This document shows positions 28,491 to 37,799 of a stretch of 64,000 nucleotides of DNA, one piece after another. The position numbers and the translations under genes are program-made. The stretch's first letter is position 1. Every line of letters begins with the position of its first letter. The stretch lies in sequence record OZ346167.1. One strand, written 5' to 3'. The notes under the pieces are model-generated. The model saw nothing but the letters and a program-made list of their open reading frames with translations. It made no database searches and was not told where the DNA came from. Source of the DNA: a phage.

Positions 28491-29432
28491 GCGTTTTTAT
28501 CACCATACCATAACGAATATGGTGAAGAGTTTTATGTAGGTCGTGCTAACATTGGTGCTGTATCTTTGAACTTACCAATGATTTACCAGTATTCTAAAGA
28601 GAATGGCTTAGATTTCTGGAAAGAGCTTGATAAGTACCTAGAAATGATTCGCAGCTTCCACAAGAAACGTTACGAAATGATTGCTAATATGCCAGCAAGT
28701 TCTAACCCTCTTGCATTCACACAGGGTGGTCTGTACAAAGGGAATAAGAAACCTACTGACAAGGTTGGCTGGGATATCGTGAAGTCCTTCACAGCTTCTT
28801 TTGGGGTTACTGCGCTTGATGAGCTATCTGTTCTTGCTGAAGGTAAACGACTTCATGAAGTTGGAAGCTGTAGTTTTGCATATGATGTTCTGGAATATAT
28901 CAACATGAAGACTGAAGAGTTTAAAAATGAAGATGGCTTCTTATATGCAGTCTATGGCACTCCAGCAGAATCACTTTGTGGAACTCAGCTAAAACAGTTC
29001 AGAGATATGTTTGGCGTTATCAAAGGCGTTTCTGACAAGGAATACTTTACAAACAGTTTCCATATGAATGTTGCAGCAGATATTACACCATTTGAGAAGC
29101 AGGACTTAGAAGAACCCTTCTTCCATATCTGTAGAGGCGGCAGAATCCAGTATGTAAGAGTGGCTAACCCAGAAAACTTATCAGCACTTAAGAGTTGTAT
29201 TACAAGAGGGATGTTGAAAGGTTTCTATCAGGGACTTAACTTTGACTTAGCAATCTGTGAACATTGTGGTAACAGACCAAAGGCTGATGTTGAAGAATGT
29301 GAGGTTTGTCATTCACACGATATCTCTGTGATTAACAGGGTGTGCGGATATTTGGGATGGACTAAGATTAAAGGTGAATCCCGAATGAATGATGCAAAAA
29401 TCGCTGAGATTCGTGACAGAATTTCTATGTAA
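28491..29432 (+). CDS. nrdD: Anaerobic ribonucleotide reductase, 3' exon (glycyl-radical domain)
   Basis: frame opens at 28491; GRANIGAVSLNLP block; C-terminal Zn site CEHCG..CEVCH and glycyl radical motif RVCGYLG. Confidence 0.85.
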   Translation, partial: AFLSPYHNEYGEEFYVGRANIGAVSLNLPMIYQYSKENGLDFWKELDKYLEMIRSFHKKRYEMIANMPASSNPLAFTQGGLYKGNKKPTDKVGWDIVKSFTASFGVTALDELSVLAEGKRLHEVGSCSFAYDVLEYINMKTEEFKNEDGFLYAVYGTPAESLCGTQLKQFRDMFGVIKGVSDKEYFTNSFHMNVAADITPFEKQDLEEPFFHICRGGRIQYVRVANPENLSALKSCITRGMLKGFYQGLNFDLAICEHCGNRPKADVEECEVCHSHDISVINRVCGYLGWTKIKGESRMNDAKIAEIRDRISM

Positions 29433-29433
29433 A

Positions 29434-29480
29434 ACTTGACAAGGTGATGTGGGTCTTGATAGGCTTACATCACCTTTTTA
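29434..29480 (+). terminator. Terminator hairpin overlapping conserved ACTTGACAAGGTG motif
   Basis: AGGTGATGTG..CATCACCT stem + TTTTTATTT. Confidence 0.55.
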
Positions 29481-29830
29481 TTTGGAGTTACATTATGGAC
29501 TTGTGGCTTTATGTAGCAGTTTGTGGGATTGTATGTCTGATAATCTTATTTATTCTTGGAATAATGCGATTTAGAGACATCATACAGTCAGATTTTTTGC
29601 CTGAGTTTACCATGATGGTTGGAGTTATTGCACTTTGTGTCTTGGCGGTGTTCTATTCATACAAAACTGTGATATGGATGAAGGCAAACAATTGTGTAAA
29701 AACTCATCAACATCGTGAGGTTACTTATTTTGTGAGTGTACTTAGTGGGAATACCACTGTACTTGTCCCACAAACTTCTGTAGAGTATCTTTACACATGT
29801 GATAATGGTAAAACTATATGGTGGAATTAA
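29444..29830 (+). CDS. Membrane protein
   Basis: 128 aa with multiple hydrophobic segments. Confidence 0.5.
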   Translation: MMWVLIGLHHLFIWSYIMDLWLYVAVCGIVCLIILFILGIMRFRDIIQSDFLPEFTMMVGVIALCVLAVFYSYKTVIWMKANNCVKTHQHREVTYFVSVLSGNTTVLVPQTSVEYLYTCDNGKTIWWN

Positions 29831-30033
29831 CAATGACAACAATCTTAAAGGTATTGACACCCATACTACACATAGTAATCTTCTTCTTTGGTGTTAGTGT
29901 TATGGTATGGGGTTTTTCAGACCCACAATGGAATTTCTCATATCATGGTAAGATGGATTTATGGTCATGCTTCAAACCATTTTTAGGGTTAGCTATAGCA
30001 TTCAGTGCATTACCAACTAAGGTGAGTTTATGA
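29818..30033 (+). CDS. Small membrane protein
   Basis: 71-aa hydrophobic ORF. Confidence 0.45.
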   Translation: MVELTMTTILKVLTPILHIVIFFFGVSVMVWGFSDPQWNFSYHGKMDLWSCFKPFLGLAIAFSALPTKVSL

Positions 30034-30425
30034 TTAAGTTGAACCAAAAACAGTTAGAGTGGATTAAAGATTACGCCTCAGAGTGTGGCTCTTGCGAAAA
30101 GAATCACGTAAGATACTCAACATTCCATACAACCTTCACATTGTATATTGGTGACAATGTTCTAAGTGATTCTGTAGAAGATGGTGTAGTATTGCCTAAT
30201 GAATTACTTGATAAACTAGCTGTAGTCTCTGGAACTTGGTCTGAAGAAGATGGTCACGAGCTGTCTGATGATGTTGTCTTCTACACCCTTGAAAACATCA
30301 TGAACCCAGAGTACATTATGCTAATGACTTGCGCACAAGATTGTGTACCATTACAAAACTTCATTAAAGAGCACTGTGAAGAATTTATTACTAAACAGGT
30401 TCCTTGTCAGGTGGTATTTGAATGA
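30030..30425 (+). CDS. Hypothetical protein
   Basis: 131-aa ORF. Confidence 0.5.
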   Translation: MIKLNQKQLEWIKDYASECGSCEKNHVRYSTFHTTFTLYIGDNVLSDSVEDGVVLPNELLDKLAVVSGTWSEEDGHELSDDVVFYTLENIMNPEYIMLMTCAQDCVPLQNFIKEHCEEFITKQVPCQVVFE

Positions 30426-30721
30426 GTAAAACAATTCGAAGAAAAGGTTTAAAGAACGTTCATGGACTTTATGAGTGGAGAAATGAGGTACGTAACAGAG
30501 AAAATGCTTCAGAGGTCTACTACCACTCTGATATGATGTCTAGAAAAGGTGGCTCTTACGACTTCACAAGCCAGCCTTGTAGAGAGATTAAGAAGGCTAC
30601 TAAACGTCTTACAAGAACACAAATAAGGCAGCTTTCTAAGACATCCTACTTAGATGAAGACTTTGACATTGATAGCAAGTCTCCAAAGAAAGCTGCTCAG
30701 AGCACTTATATGTATTGGTGA
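30422..30721 (+). CDS. Hypothetical protein
   Basis: 99-aa ORF. Confidence 0.5.
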   Translation: MSKTIRRKGLKNVHGLYEWRNEVRNRENASEVYYHSDMMSRKGGSYDFTSQPCREIKKATKRLTRTQIRQLSKTSYLDEDFDIDSKSPKKAAQSTYMYW

Positions 30722-30730
30722 GGTAACTAG

Positions 30731-31216
30731 ATGAATTACATGGAGATTCGACCATTTGATACAGCTAATGGTGAAGGGGTTCGTGTAAGCCTCTTCGTAG
30801 CTGGCTGTAAACATCACTGTGAAGGCTGCTTTAACAGGGAGTCTTGGAAGTTTAATGCTGGTAAAGTGTTCACTTATGCAAACCTCTGCGGCATCATTAA
30901 GTTAATGGATGATGAGGCCATCGGTGGGTTGTCGATACTTGGTGGAGAACCTCTGGATGATAGAAATATTCAAGAGGTTACCAATATATGTAAACGTATT
31001 AAAACTGTTTACCCAGAGAAGTCTATCTGGCTCTGGACAGGTTTTCAGTTACACGAAAAAATTCACCTAGATGTGATGAAATATGTTGACGTGGTGATTG
31101 ATGGTAAGTATGATTCATCTAAACCAACAGTTAAGCCATATCGTGGTTCTGATAACCAAAACCTATGGAGAAAAGAGTATGGGTGGCAAGGTGATTGTCA
31201 GTGGAGAGCCGAGTAA
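30731..31216 (+). CDS. nrdG: Anaerobic ribonucleotide reductase activating protein (radical SAM)
   Basis: radical-SAM CxxxCxxC motif in FVAGCKHHCEGCFN. Confidence 0.85.
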   Translation: MNYMEIRPFDTANGEGVRVSLFVAGCKHHCEGCFNRESWKFNAGKVFTYANLCGIIKLMDDEAIGGLSILGGEPLDDRNIQEVTNICKRIKTVYPEKSIWLWTGFQLHEKIHLDVMKYVDVVIDGKYDSSKPTVKPYRGSDNQNLWRKEYGWQGDCQWRAE

Positions 31217-31253
31217 GTCTCGTCGTAAAGTGGGTTACGGAAAAGGTGAAATA

Positions 31254-31556
31254 ATGGTTCTTTCTTTTAACAGTGCTTTATTAGGTACTTACAAAGTTAA
31301 GACCGAACTCCTTGATGAATGGAGAAAGTATACAAACTCACTTTTCGGTAATGTTGGAATGGAAGCCTTAGCAGAGATTGAGAAGGCTGGAACATTTGAA
31401 GTTGTCGGTAAAGGTAACTACACAATGTTCTACAAAACAAATTTAAACGTTGGCGACAGTCTTGTTGGTGTCACTGAAGAAGAACTTAAAACATTTTGTG
31501 AAAAGATTGAGAGAGATACGAAATGGGAATCTGGAACAGTTTTAAATCAAAAGTAA
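31254..31556 (+). CDS. Hypothetical protein
   Basis: internal ATG with AAAAGGTGA RBS; longer track ORF overlaps nrdG. Confidence 0.5.
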   Translation: MVLSFNSALLGTYKVKTELLDEWRKYTNSLFGNVGMEALAEIEKAGTFEVVGKGNYTMFYKTNLNVGDSLVGVTEEELKTFCEKIERDTKWESGTVLNQK

Positions 31557-31780
31557 AAGCAGCACTAGCCTCATTAGGTATGCTCACTGGGGTTGATGTG
31601 ACTCATCTTATGCAGAACTTCAAGATGGATGAGAAGCTGGCTAATGAGATTATGAAAAGTATCTATGTAGGCCGTGGTAAAGGCGGTAAGAAACAAGCCC
31701 ACCGTCCGTCTGGTGCAGCAGCTATTAAACGAGCAGCTAAGAAAGCTCGTAACCGTAAACGTAATAAGAAGGCTAAATAA
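31523..31780 (+). CDS. Small basic protein (K/R-rich C-terminus)
   Basis: 85-aa ORF. Confidence 0.5.
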   Translation: MGIWNSFKSKVKAALASLGMLTGVDVTHLMQNFKMDEKLANEIMKSIYVGRGKGGKKQAHRPSGAAAIKRAAKKARNRKRNKKAK

Positions 31781-31782
31781 TC

Positions 31783-32103
31783 ATGAGCAAAGTTTATAAC
31801 ACTCGCAAATTACAGATTTTCGTACTGTGCCAGTTTATGGCTAAAGAATACAACTTCTACTATTGTGGCACAGGTTTTATTAGCGATGATGATGGTTCAT
31901 ACCTACCATTTAAAGAGGCTGTGAAGCTCTTTAATGAAGAGAAAAACTCTAAGAAAGATATTGAAAAGGTCAAGCTAACCTACAGCAAGAAAGATAAGAA
32001 GATTATCTGCCTAGATAACTTTGTAAAAGTTACAGGAGAAGCAAAAGAGTTTATGGATGAGAGTGAGATTTCATTCACAAGTATCTTGAAAGTAGCTCAG
32101 TAA
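31783..32103 (+). CDS. Hypothetical protein
   Basis: 106-aa ORF followed by terminator. Confidence 0.5.
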   Translation: MSKVYNTRKLQIFVLCQFMAKEYNFYYCGTGFISDDDGSYLPFKEAVKLFNEEKNSKKDIEKVKLTYSKKDKKIICLDNFVKVTGEAKEFMDESEISFTSILKVAQ

Positions 32104-32116
32104 ACAGATACTATAA

Positions 32117-32145
32117 GGGAACTGTAAAGGTTCCCTTTTTATTTT
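32117..32145 (+). terminator. Rho-independent terminator
   Basis: GGGAAC..GTTCCC + TTTTTATTTT. Confidence 0.6.
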
Positions 32146-32154
32146 GGAGATGAT

Positions 32155-32670
32155 ATGTATCTATCAAACCTAAAACGTTCGGCTGCAATGTCAGTTCTAA
32201 GACTCAGCTTTGAGGAACGTCAAGAGTTCATTGATTCCCACCAATACGACCCTTCTAACTCCAATCACATGATTCTCTGGAATCGTGAGAGTTCCCGTGA
32301 AAGAGCATTATTCCGGTATTACCCACACTACACCGTAGATAACCTGTATGAATGTTTTGTTGTGAAGAACACCATTACAATACTCAATAAACTTTGCAGA
32401 TACACAGGTAGTCAATCCTTCACATTAGGACACCACAAACCTGTTACAAAGGGTGGTGAGCATCACTGTGCAAACTGGTTTATCCAGACTAAACTTGATA
32501 ACCAGAAGCAAGGGGATAGTCTTTTAATTACCCCTAAGATGACCTACGAAGAGCAAGAGAAATATATCAAAAATAATATGCCAGATGTGCTTGACAACAA
32601 CTATACAGATTTGGCAATATCTCTCCTGTTGAAGTTCGAGACAGTTTATAGGGCAACTTATAATGGCTAA
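32155..32670 (+). CDS. Hypothetical protein
   Basis: 171-aa ORF. Confidence 0.5.
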   Translation: MYLSNLKRSAAMSVLRLSFEERQEFIDSHQYDPSNSNHMILWNRESSRERALFRYYPHYTVDNLYECFVVKNTITILNKLCRYTGSQSFTLGHHKPVTKGGEHHCANWFIQTKLDNQKQGDSLLITPKMTYEEQEKYIKNNMPDVLDNNYTDLAISLLLKFETVYRATYNG

Positions 32671-32941
32671 AGAAAAGTGGGAGATTTTACCATTAGTCAG
32701 TGAAGGCGGCAATGGTTGTGAAATGTACATGATACGTGGTCATATTCCAGAGCCAATTGCACTTGAGATGGTAAATAATTATACAGATGGTTCCTGCAAA
32801 GACTTAGGAGAACCAACTGTCAAGCAGCAATGGGTAAAGCCTGTGCCAGACAGCACAGGTAACTGTAGTGTACTTTATCACGTTGTAGACCCTGTAAAAT
32901 GCAAATCTGCAATGGCAGTAACAAACGTAACTTTTGATTGA
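32663..32941 (+). CDS. Hypothetical protein
   Basis: 92-aa ORF. Confidence 0.5.
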   Translation: MAKEKWEILPLVSEGGNGCEMYMIRGHIPEPIALEMVNNYTDGSCKDLGEPTVKQQWVKPVPDSTGNCSVLYHVVDPVKCKSAMAVTNVTFD

Positions 32942-32952
32942 GAGAGAAAACT

Positions 32953-33834
32953 ATGAAAACATCTATCCGTGTTACAATTCATTCACCAACTAAAGGAACT
33001 CATGAAGAAGAGTTTAACATCATTCAATTCCCTTCTGGTGAGATTGGTGGACACTTTTCACAAGAGCTAGTTGATTTTACTGCTTATGCAGCATCCTCCA
33101 TTAACAATGTGGTTATGATTGTAAAAGGCTACGACAAGGACACATTGTTTGCTGTGGCACTTGCTAAAGAAGCAATTGATGATTTGATTCCTCATGATTA
33201 TGCCTTAAAGACTGTCATCTTTTACTACTTACCAAATGCACGATATGACCGTCACATGTTTAAAGGTGATGCAGCAGCTTTGAAGGTTTTTGCTAAACAG
33301 GTTAATGCAATGGGGTTTGGTGCAGTCTGTGCAGTTGACCCTCACAGCTATGTACCAGATAACCTGTTTAACTGCTTCCAGAGTATTCCTCAAAAGGAGA
33401 TTGCAGTCCACTATGCAAATGACCCACTGGTTGATTACTTAGTAGCCCCAGATGCAGGTGCTGCTAAGAAGGTTGCAGAGACCGCTAAAGAGGTGGATAA
33501 ACCATATATCACAATGTCTAAGGTGCGTAACCTTAAGACTGGTGAAATTACTGGTATGCGAATCCTTGATGATGTTGATTTGACAGATAAAACCGTCATG
33601 ATTCTGGATGATATCTGTGATGGTGGTCGAACCTTCATAGAAGCAGCTAAGCATCTTCGTGAAGCAGGTGCAAAACGTGTGGAACTTTATGTAACACATG
33701 GTATCTTCTCTAAAGATGTTGAAAACCTTCTTGACAATGGTATCGACCATATTTACACTACAAACTCTTTAGGCGAAGCTAAAGACCGTGGCTTAACACA
33801 TTATGGTCAAGTTACTGTAGCAAACCTTGATTGA
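32953..33834 (+). CDS. Ribose-phosphate pyrophosphokinase (Prs) homolog; candidate ADP-ribose pyrophosphokinase of a NARP1-type NAD+ reconstitution pathway
   Basis: phosphoribosyltransferase-type binding loop VMILDDICDGGRT; immediately upstream of NAMPT homolog. Confidence 0.7.
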   Translation: MKTSIRVTIHSPTKGTHEEEFNIIQFPSGEIGGHFSQELVDFTAYAASSINNVVMIVKGYDKDTLFAVALAKEAIDDLIPHDYALKTVIFYYLPNARYDRHMFKGDAAALKVFAKQVNAMGFGAVCAVDPHSYVPDNLFNCFQSIPQKEIAVHYANDPLVDYLVAPDAGAAKKVAETAKEVDKPYITMSKVRNLKTGEITGMRILDDVDLTDKTVMILDDICDGGRTFIEAAKHLREAGAKRVELYVTHGIFSKDVENLLDNGIDHIYTTNSLGEAKDRGLTHYGQVTVANLD

Positions 33835-33938
33835 AAGTTTATAGGGGCTTGAAAGCCCCATTTTGAGAGAGATTAAAAGATGACTAAATCACTTTATGCA
33901 GTACCAGCAGGTTTAAACGCAGATGCTTACAATATCTT

Positions 33939-35291
33939 ATGTTGAACCTGACACCACGTAGTGACAAATGGTTTAACAGCCCTTTGGCAATTGACGGTGT
34001 AGTGGCTTTTGGTATTCAACGTTTCGTTAAAGATTACTTGATAGACCATTGGAACGCCACTTTCTTTGAACGTGACAAAAAAGAAGCAATTGACGAAATC
34101 TTAGAAGTCATGAACGGCGTTATGGGTAAAGATGCTATTGGTCGAGAGCATTGGGAAGCACTTCACGACTTAGGTTATCTACCAGTTGAAGTATACGCTG
34201 TAGAAGAAGGCACAGTTGTCCCGATGCGTGTCCCAATGATTGTCTTCCAGAACACTGTTTCAGGTTTCCATTGGGTAGCAGGTTATCTGGAAGATGCTTT
34301 CTCTGCTGAGATTTGGAAGGCTTGCACCATTGCAACTATTGCATTGCATTATAAACGCATCTGTAAGAAGTGGGCTGACCTTACTTGTGACAACGACTTA
34401 CATTTACCTTATCAGTGTCATGACTTTGCTATGCGTGGTATGTCAGGCTTTACTGATGACGCATTTAACGCTGTAGGTCACTTAACCAGCTTTAAAGGAA
34501 CTGATAGCTTCCCTACTGTGTATACGGCTAAACGAATCTATGGACAGTCCTACCCAATCTCTGATATTGGTAGCTCTGTACCAGCCACTGAACACTCTGT
34601 AATGTGTGCAAACATTGCTTGGGAAGGTGGTAATGAATTGATTGAAGAAGAAAGACGCTTTAAAGGTGAGTTACAAACCTTCCGTCGCTTCTTAACAGAA
34701 ACTTACCCAACTGGTATTGCAAGTATTGTTTCAGATACTTATAACTTCTGGAGAACTGTGTCAGAAATCTTACCAGCACTCCGTAAAGAGATTATGGAAC
34801 GTGATGGCAAACTGGTAATTCGGCCTGACTCTGGAGACCCTGTACATATTGTCACAGGATATAAAGCAATCCACTTAGAGTGTGCTAAGAAGGCTTATTA
34901 CGAACACTTAAGCAAGCTTGAAGCCAGCGACACAATGTTGAATGCTGTTCTGAACATGAAGCTTGAAAACATCAATTATGGTATTGCTGGATGGCTACTG
35001 TCAGAAGGCTACGAAATGGTTGTTGACAGAGAAGACTTTGAAGTTGCTGATACAGTGCTGTTGAAAAACGCTTATATGGTTGGTTCTGCAAACGTTGTAA
35101 CACGTCCTGTAGCTGAGATTGATGGAGCTATTAAGACACTGTACAACATCTTTGGGGCTTTGTATCTCACCTTGATGTTGAAATTGATGAAGAAGGTTAC
35201 ATCATTGGTTGGAAGAAAGTATCTACTCGTGAAGGCAAGCTGGTTGACTCCCACACCTACAGAGTACCTAATGATTTGGGTAACATTGTAG
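33939..35291 (+). CDS. Nicotinamide phosphoribosyltransferase (NAMPT/NadV) homolog; candidate NARP1 Namat; both ends uncertain
   Basis: NAMPT blocks HDFAMRGMSGF, HLTSFKGTDS, SVPATEHS, VSDTYN, IRPDSGDP; C-terminal 45 aa look non-native. Confidence 0.7.
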   Translation: MLNLTPRSDKWFNSPLAIDGVVAFGIQRFVKDYLIDHWNATFFERDKKEAIDEILEVMNGVMGKDAIGREHWEALHDLGYLPVEVYAVEEGTVVPMRVPMIVFQNTVSGFHWVAGYLEDAFSAEIWKACTIATIALHYKRICKKWADLTCDNDLHLPYQCHDFAMRGMSGFTDDAFNAVGHLTSFKGTDSFPTVYTAKRIYGQSYPISDIGSSVPATEHSVMCANIAWEGGNELIEEERRFKGELQTFRRFLTETYPTGIASIVSDTYNFWRTVSEILPALRKEIMERDGKLVIRPDSGDPVHIVTGYKAIHLECAKKAYYEHLSKLEASDTMLNAVLNMKLENINYGIAGWLLSEGYEMVVDREDFEVADTVLLKNAYMVGSANVVTRPVAEIDGAIKTLYNIFGALYLTLMLKLMKKVTSLVGRKYLLVKASWLTPTPTEYLMIWVTL

Positions 35292-35602
35292 AAATGCCAC
35301 GTTGGATGGTTGATAATAACCGTAACGTGACTTGCTCTCAAGGTCTTCATGTTGGTGCTTGGGATTATGTTCGTTGCTTCTCAGGTGATACAATTCTGAA
35401 GGTTCGTGTCCATCCACGAGACGTTGTATCCGTACCAACTGATTACAACGATATGAAGATGCGCTCGTCTCGTTATGAAGTTGCAGCAATCGTTGATAAT
35501 CAACGTAAAGTGCTGAAAGCATGGGATGGCAAGACTGAAGCTTTGCATGTCATCGTTGGCACTGCTGGGGAACTCATCTCTCAGCGTAAACGTGAAATCT
35601 AA
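35276..35602 (+). CDS. Hypothetical protein, or C-terminal continuation of the NAMPT homolog in an alternate frame (frame opens at 35135 without ATG)
   Basis: 108-aa ORF overlapping NAMPT 3' end; protein-like sequence precedes its first ATG. Confidence 0.4.
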   Translation: MGNIVEMPRWMVDNNRNVTCSQGLHVGAWDYVRCFSGDTILKVRVHPRDVVSVPTDYNDMKMRSSRYEVAAIVDNQRKVLKAWDGKTEALHVIVGTAGELISQRKREI

Positions 35603-35616
35603 TAAGTAATTTCTTA

Positions 35617-35646
35617 AAAGGCTGCTTCGGCGGCCTTTTTTATTTG
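35617..35646 (+). terminator. Rho-independent terminator
   Basis: GGCTGCTTCGGCGGCC + TTTTTTATTT. Confidence 0.6.
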
Positions 35647-35702
35647 TATTTTGTGCAGAGTACTGTATAATTGTTGTCACGATAAACTAAACAGGAGAAC
35701 CA

Positions 35703-36251
35703 ATGAAGAAATTGATTCTAGGTTTGTGCTTAATGTTTACAGCACACTTAGCTTATGCAGTTGACTGCCCAGAGCTATCAATTAGCCAAAAAGTAAACAT
35801 GTTAAAAGCTTACCAGTATGGTGAGAATAACATGGGTAAAGGTTGGGGTATCACTCTAGCTGCTATAGCCTTACAAGAGTCAGAGTTAGGTCTGAAGGTA
35901 GAGAATAAAAAGACACACGATTATGGTATTTTCCAGAATCACTTGAAGACTGTTGTAAAGCGTAACAAAATTAGTCCTAATGTGGCTAAAAAGAAACTCT
36001 TAAAAGACTTTGACTATGCTGCAAAGGAAACGCACAAAGAACTTGAGTTTTGGACAAAGGTGCATGGTCAGCCAAAGTCAAAGAAGACTTTACAAAAAGT
36101 TTTAGCATCATATAATGCTGGGTATTCGTACAGAATCCCTAAAGCTAAGAAGTATTCTCAAGATGTCTATAACAACATGAAAGTTATTGCCCAATGTGAA
36201 TTTGCAACAAACATTTCTAAGGTAAACCATGAAAAAATTAAGAAAGTCTGA
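35703..36251 (+). CDS. Secreted lytic transglycosylase-like protein
   Basis: signal peptide MKKLILGLCLMFTAHLAYA; catalytic-region-like ALQESELG...YGIFQ. Confidence 0.5.
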   Translation: MKKLILGLCLMFTAHLAYAVDCPELSISQKVNMLKAYQYGENNMGKGWGITLAAIALQESELGLKVENKKTHDYGIFQNHLKTVVKRNKISPNVAKKKLLKDFDYAAKETHKELEFWTKVHGQPKSKKTLQKVLASYNAGYSYRIPKAKKYSQDVYNNMKVIAQCEFATNISKVNHEKIKKV

Positions 36252-36924
36252 TGAAGTCCTGTGCCATGCTTATGACTTGCATCCTCATGAGTTAGGTCTT
36301 GATTCCTGTGTATGGACTCCAGAACAGTATAGGGATTTTGAAGACACTGCAAGAGAAGTTGTATGTTCACTTGAAGAGTTCCACACATCAGAACCAATCG
36401 TGAACGTTGTGGACAAAGAGACTGGACAGACTGTAGGGGTAAGACGTGATAGCTTAGTCATAGTCAATAGAGACCTTGTAGAAAAAGGGAACCTCATCTT
36501 AGCAGATATTGATGGTGTTCTTACAAATTTTAATCCAGAAGATTACTCAACGGAATTGACTGATGGTTCATTTTCACAGTACACTAATCTCCTTGACTCT
36601 GTAAGAGCAAAACCAACGTATGTTTTCAATATCATTGATGCAATTGCTAATCATGCTGCCGTTGGACTCTTGACAGCGAGAGGCGAATCTCAGAGAATAC
36701 CTACTGAGATGTTTTTAAGGCATAACACAGAGCATGACTACATGCTTTTTATGCGTGGTTTTGGGACTAACTCTATAAGTGCAGAAAGTTTGAAAGTGAG
36801 GATGATTCAGTCTTGCATTCTGCCTTACTTTAATATAGTATGTTTTATAGAAGACACAGAGAAGAATGTGCAGAAGGTGAACAGAATCCTTCCACACATT
36901 AAAACCATGTTAGTTAAACATTGA
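36229..36924 (+). CDS. Hypothetical protein
   Basis: 231-aa ORF. Confidence 0.5.
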   Translation: MKKLRKSDEVLCHAYDLHPHELGLDSCVWTPEQYRDFEDTAREVVCSLEEFHTSEPIVNVVDKETGQTVGVRRDSLVIVNRDLVEKGNLILADIDGVLTNFNPEDYSTELTDGSFSQYTNLLDSVRAKPTYVFNIIDAIANHAAVGLLTARGESQRIPTEMFLRHNTEHDYMLFMRGFGTNSISAESLKVRMIQSCILPYFNIVCFIEDTEKNVQKVNRILPHIKTMLVKH

Positions 36925-36934
36925 GAGAAAACTT

Positions 36935-37399
36935 ATGAACAATATCATTACGGTAGCACTGGACGTTACGGCAAACAAATCTGAAGTAGTTCGTAACATT
37001 ATCAAGAGCAACTTTGAGGGTAAAATCTTCCGTGCTGTCAATGTAAAAGCAGACGGCAACATCCGAGAGTATCGTGCTCTTTTGAATGTTAAGAAACACG
37101 TCAAAGGTTCTGGTTCAACGACTGCACACAAAGAAAACCTGATGACCATCTATGATATGGGGATGGCCTCAGAATTAGGTGCTGAAGGTATCGTTAAAGA
37201 AGGTGCTCCGTATCGCTCTTTCAATCTGGAAACTGCTCTCATGCTTTCCTTTACAAGTGGTTCTAAAACAACTACTTATCTCTTTACTGATGCTGCAACG
37301 GTATCTGCTATCAAGGATAGCACTGTCAAAGCTGGGGTAGCTGCTGCTGCAAAAGCTTCTTCGATGGCTGCAAATGTCCTTGCTAAAGTCCTCGGTTAA
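36935..37399 (+). CDS. Hypothetical protein
   Basis: 154-aa ORF followed by terminator. Confidence 0.5.
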   Translation: MNNIITVALDVTANKSEVVRNIIKSNFEGKIFRAVNVKADGNIREYRALLNVKKHVKGSGSTTAHKENLMTIYDMGMASELGAEGIVKEGAPYRSFNLETALMLSFTSGSKTTTYLFTDAATVSAIKDSTVKAGVAAAAKASSMAANVLAKVLG

Positions 37400-37410
37400 G
37401 GTTAAGATAC

Positions 37411-37433
37411 AGGCTCCTTCGGGAGCCTTTTTC
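37411..37433 (+). terminator. Rho-independent terminator
   Basis: AGGCTCCTTCGGGAGCCT + TTTTC. Confidence 0.6.
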
Positions 37434-37451
37434 ATTTCAGGAGATTGTTAA

Positions 37452-37799
37452 ATGACATTTAAAGAGTTCTGTCAAGCTACTTTCATAATTGTTTTCTTAG
37501 TTGGGGCAGGTGTCTGGGGAGGATACTCTTACAGAGACTATCAAGTTGCTGAAACTGAGCTAAACAATCAAAAGCTCATAAGTGTTGCTAAAGATGCTTA
37601 TCAGGAAGGATTAGTCACACTGAGCACCAATTACAAAAATGATTTGAAAGATGTGCTTGCTAAGAATAAGCATACAAAAGAGGTACTAACATATGAAAAA
37701 ACTAAGCCAGAGTTTTATAATGTTTGTGTTACTGATAACTATGTCAGGGTGTTCAACGAACAAAGTGAACAGTACATTCAAAAACTTCCAAGTAAGTGA
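37452..37799 (+). CDS. Inner-membrane spanin-like protein (N-terminal TMD + coiled coil)
   Basis: FIIVFLVGAGVWGGY TMD then helical periplasmic region; overlaps lipoprotein gene. Confidence 0.5.
   Translation: MTFKEFCQATFIIVFLVGAGVWGGYSYRDYQVAETELNNQKLISVAKDAYQEGLVTLSTNYKNDLKDVLAKNKHTKEVLTYEKTKPEFYNVCVTDNYVRVFNEQSEQYIQKLPSK

Noticed and set aside
31098-31556. Long form of the ORF starting at 31098
   Set aside because: The 5' part overlaps the C-terminus of nrdG in another frame; the internal ATG at 31254 with an RBS is the more plausible start.
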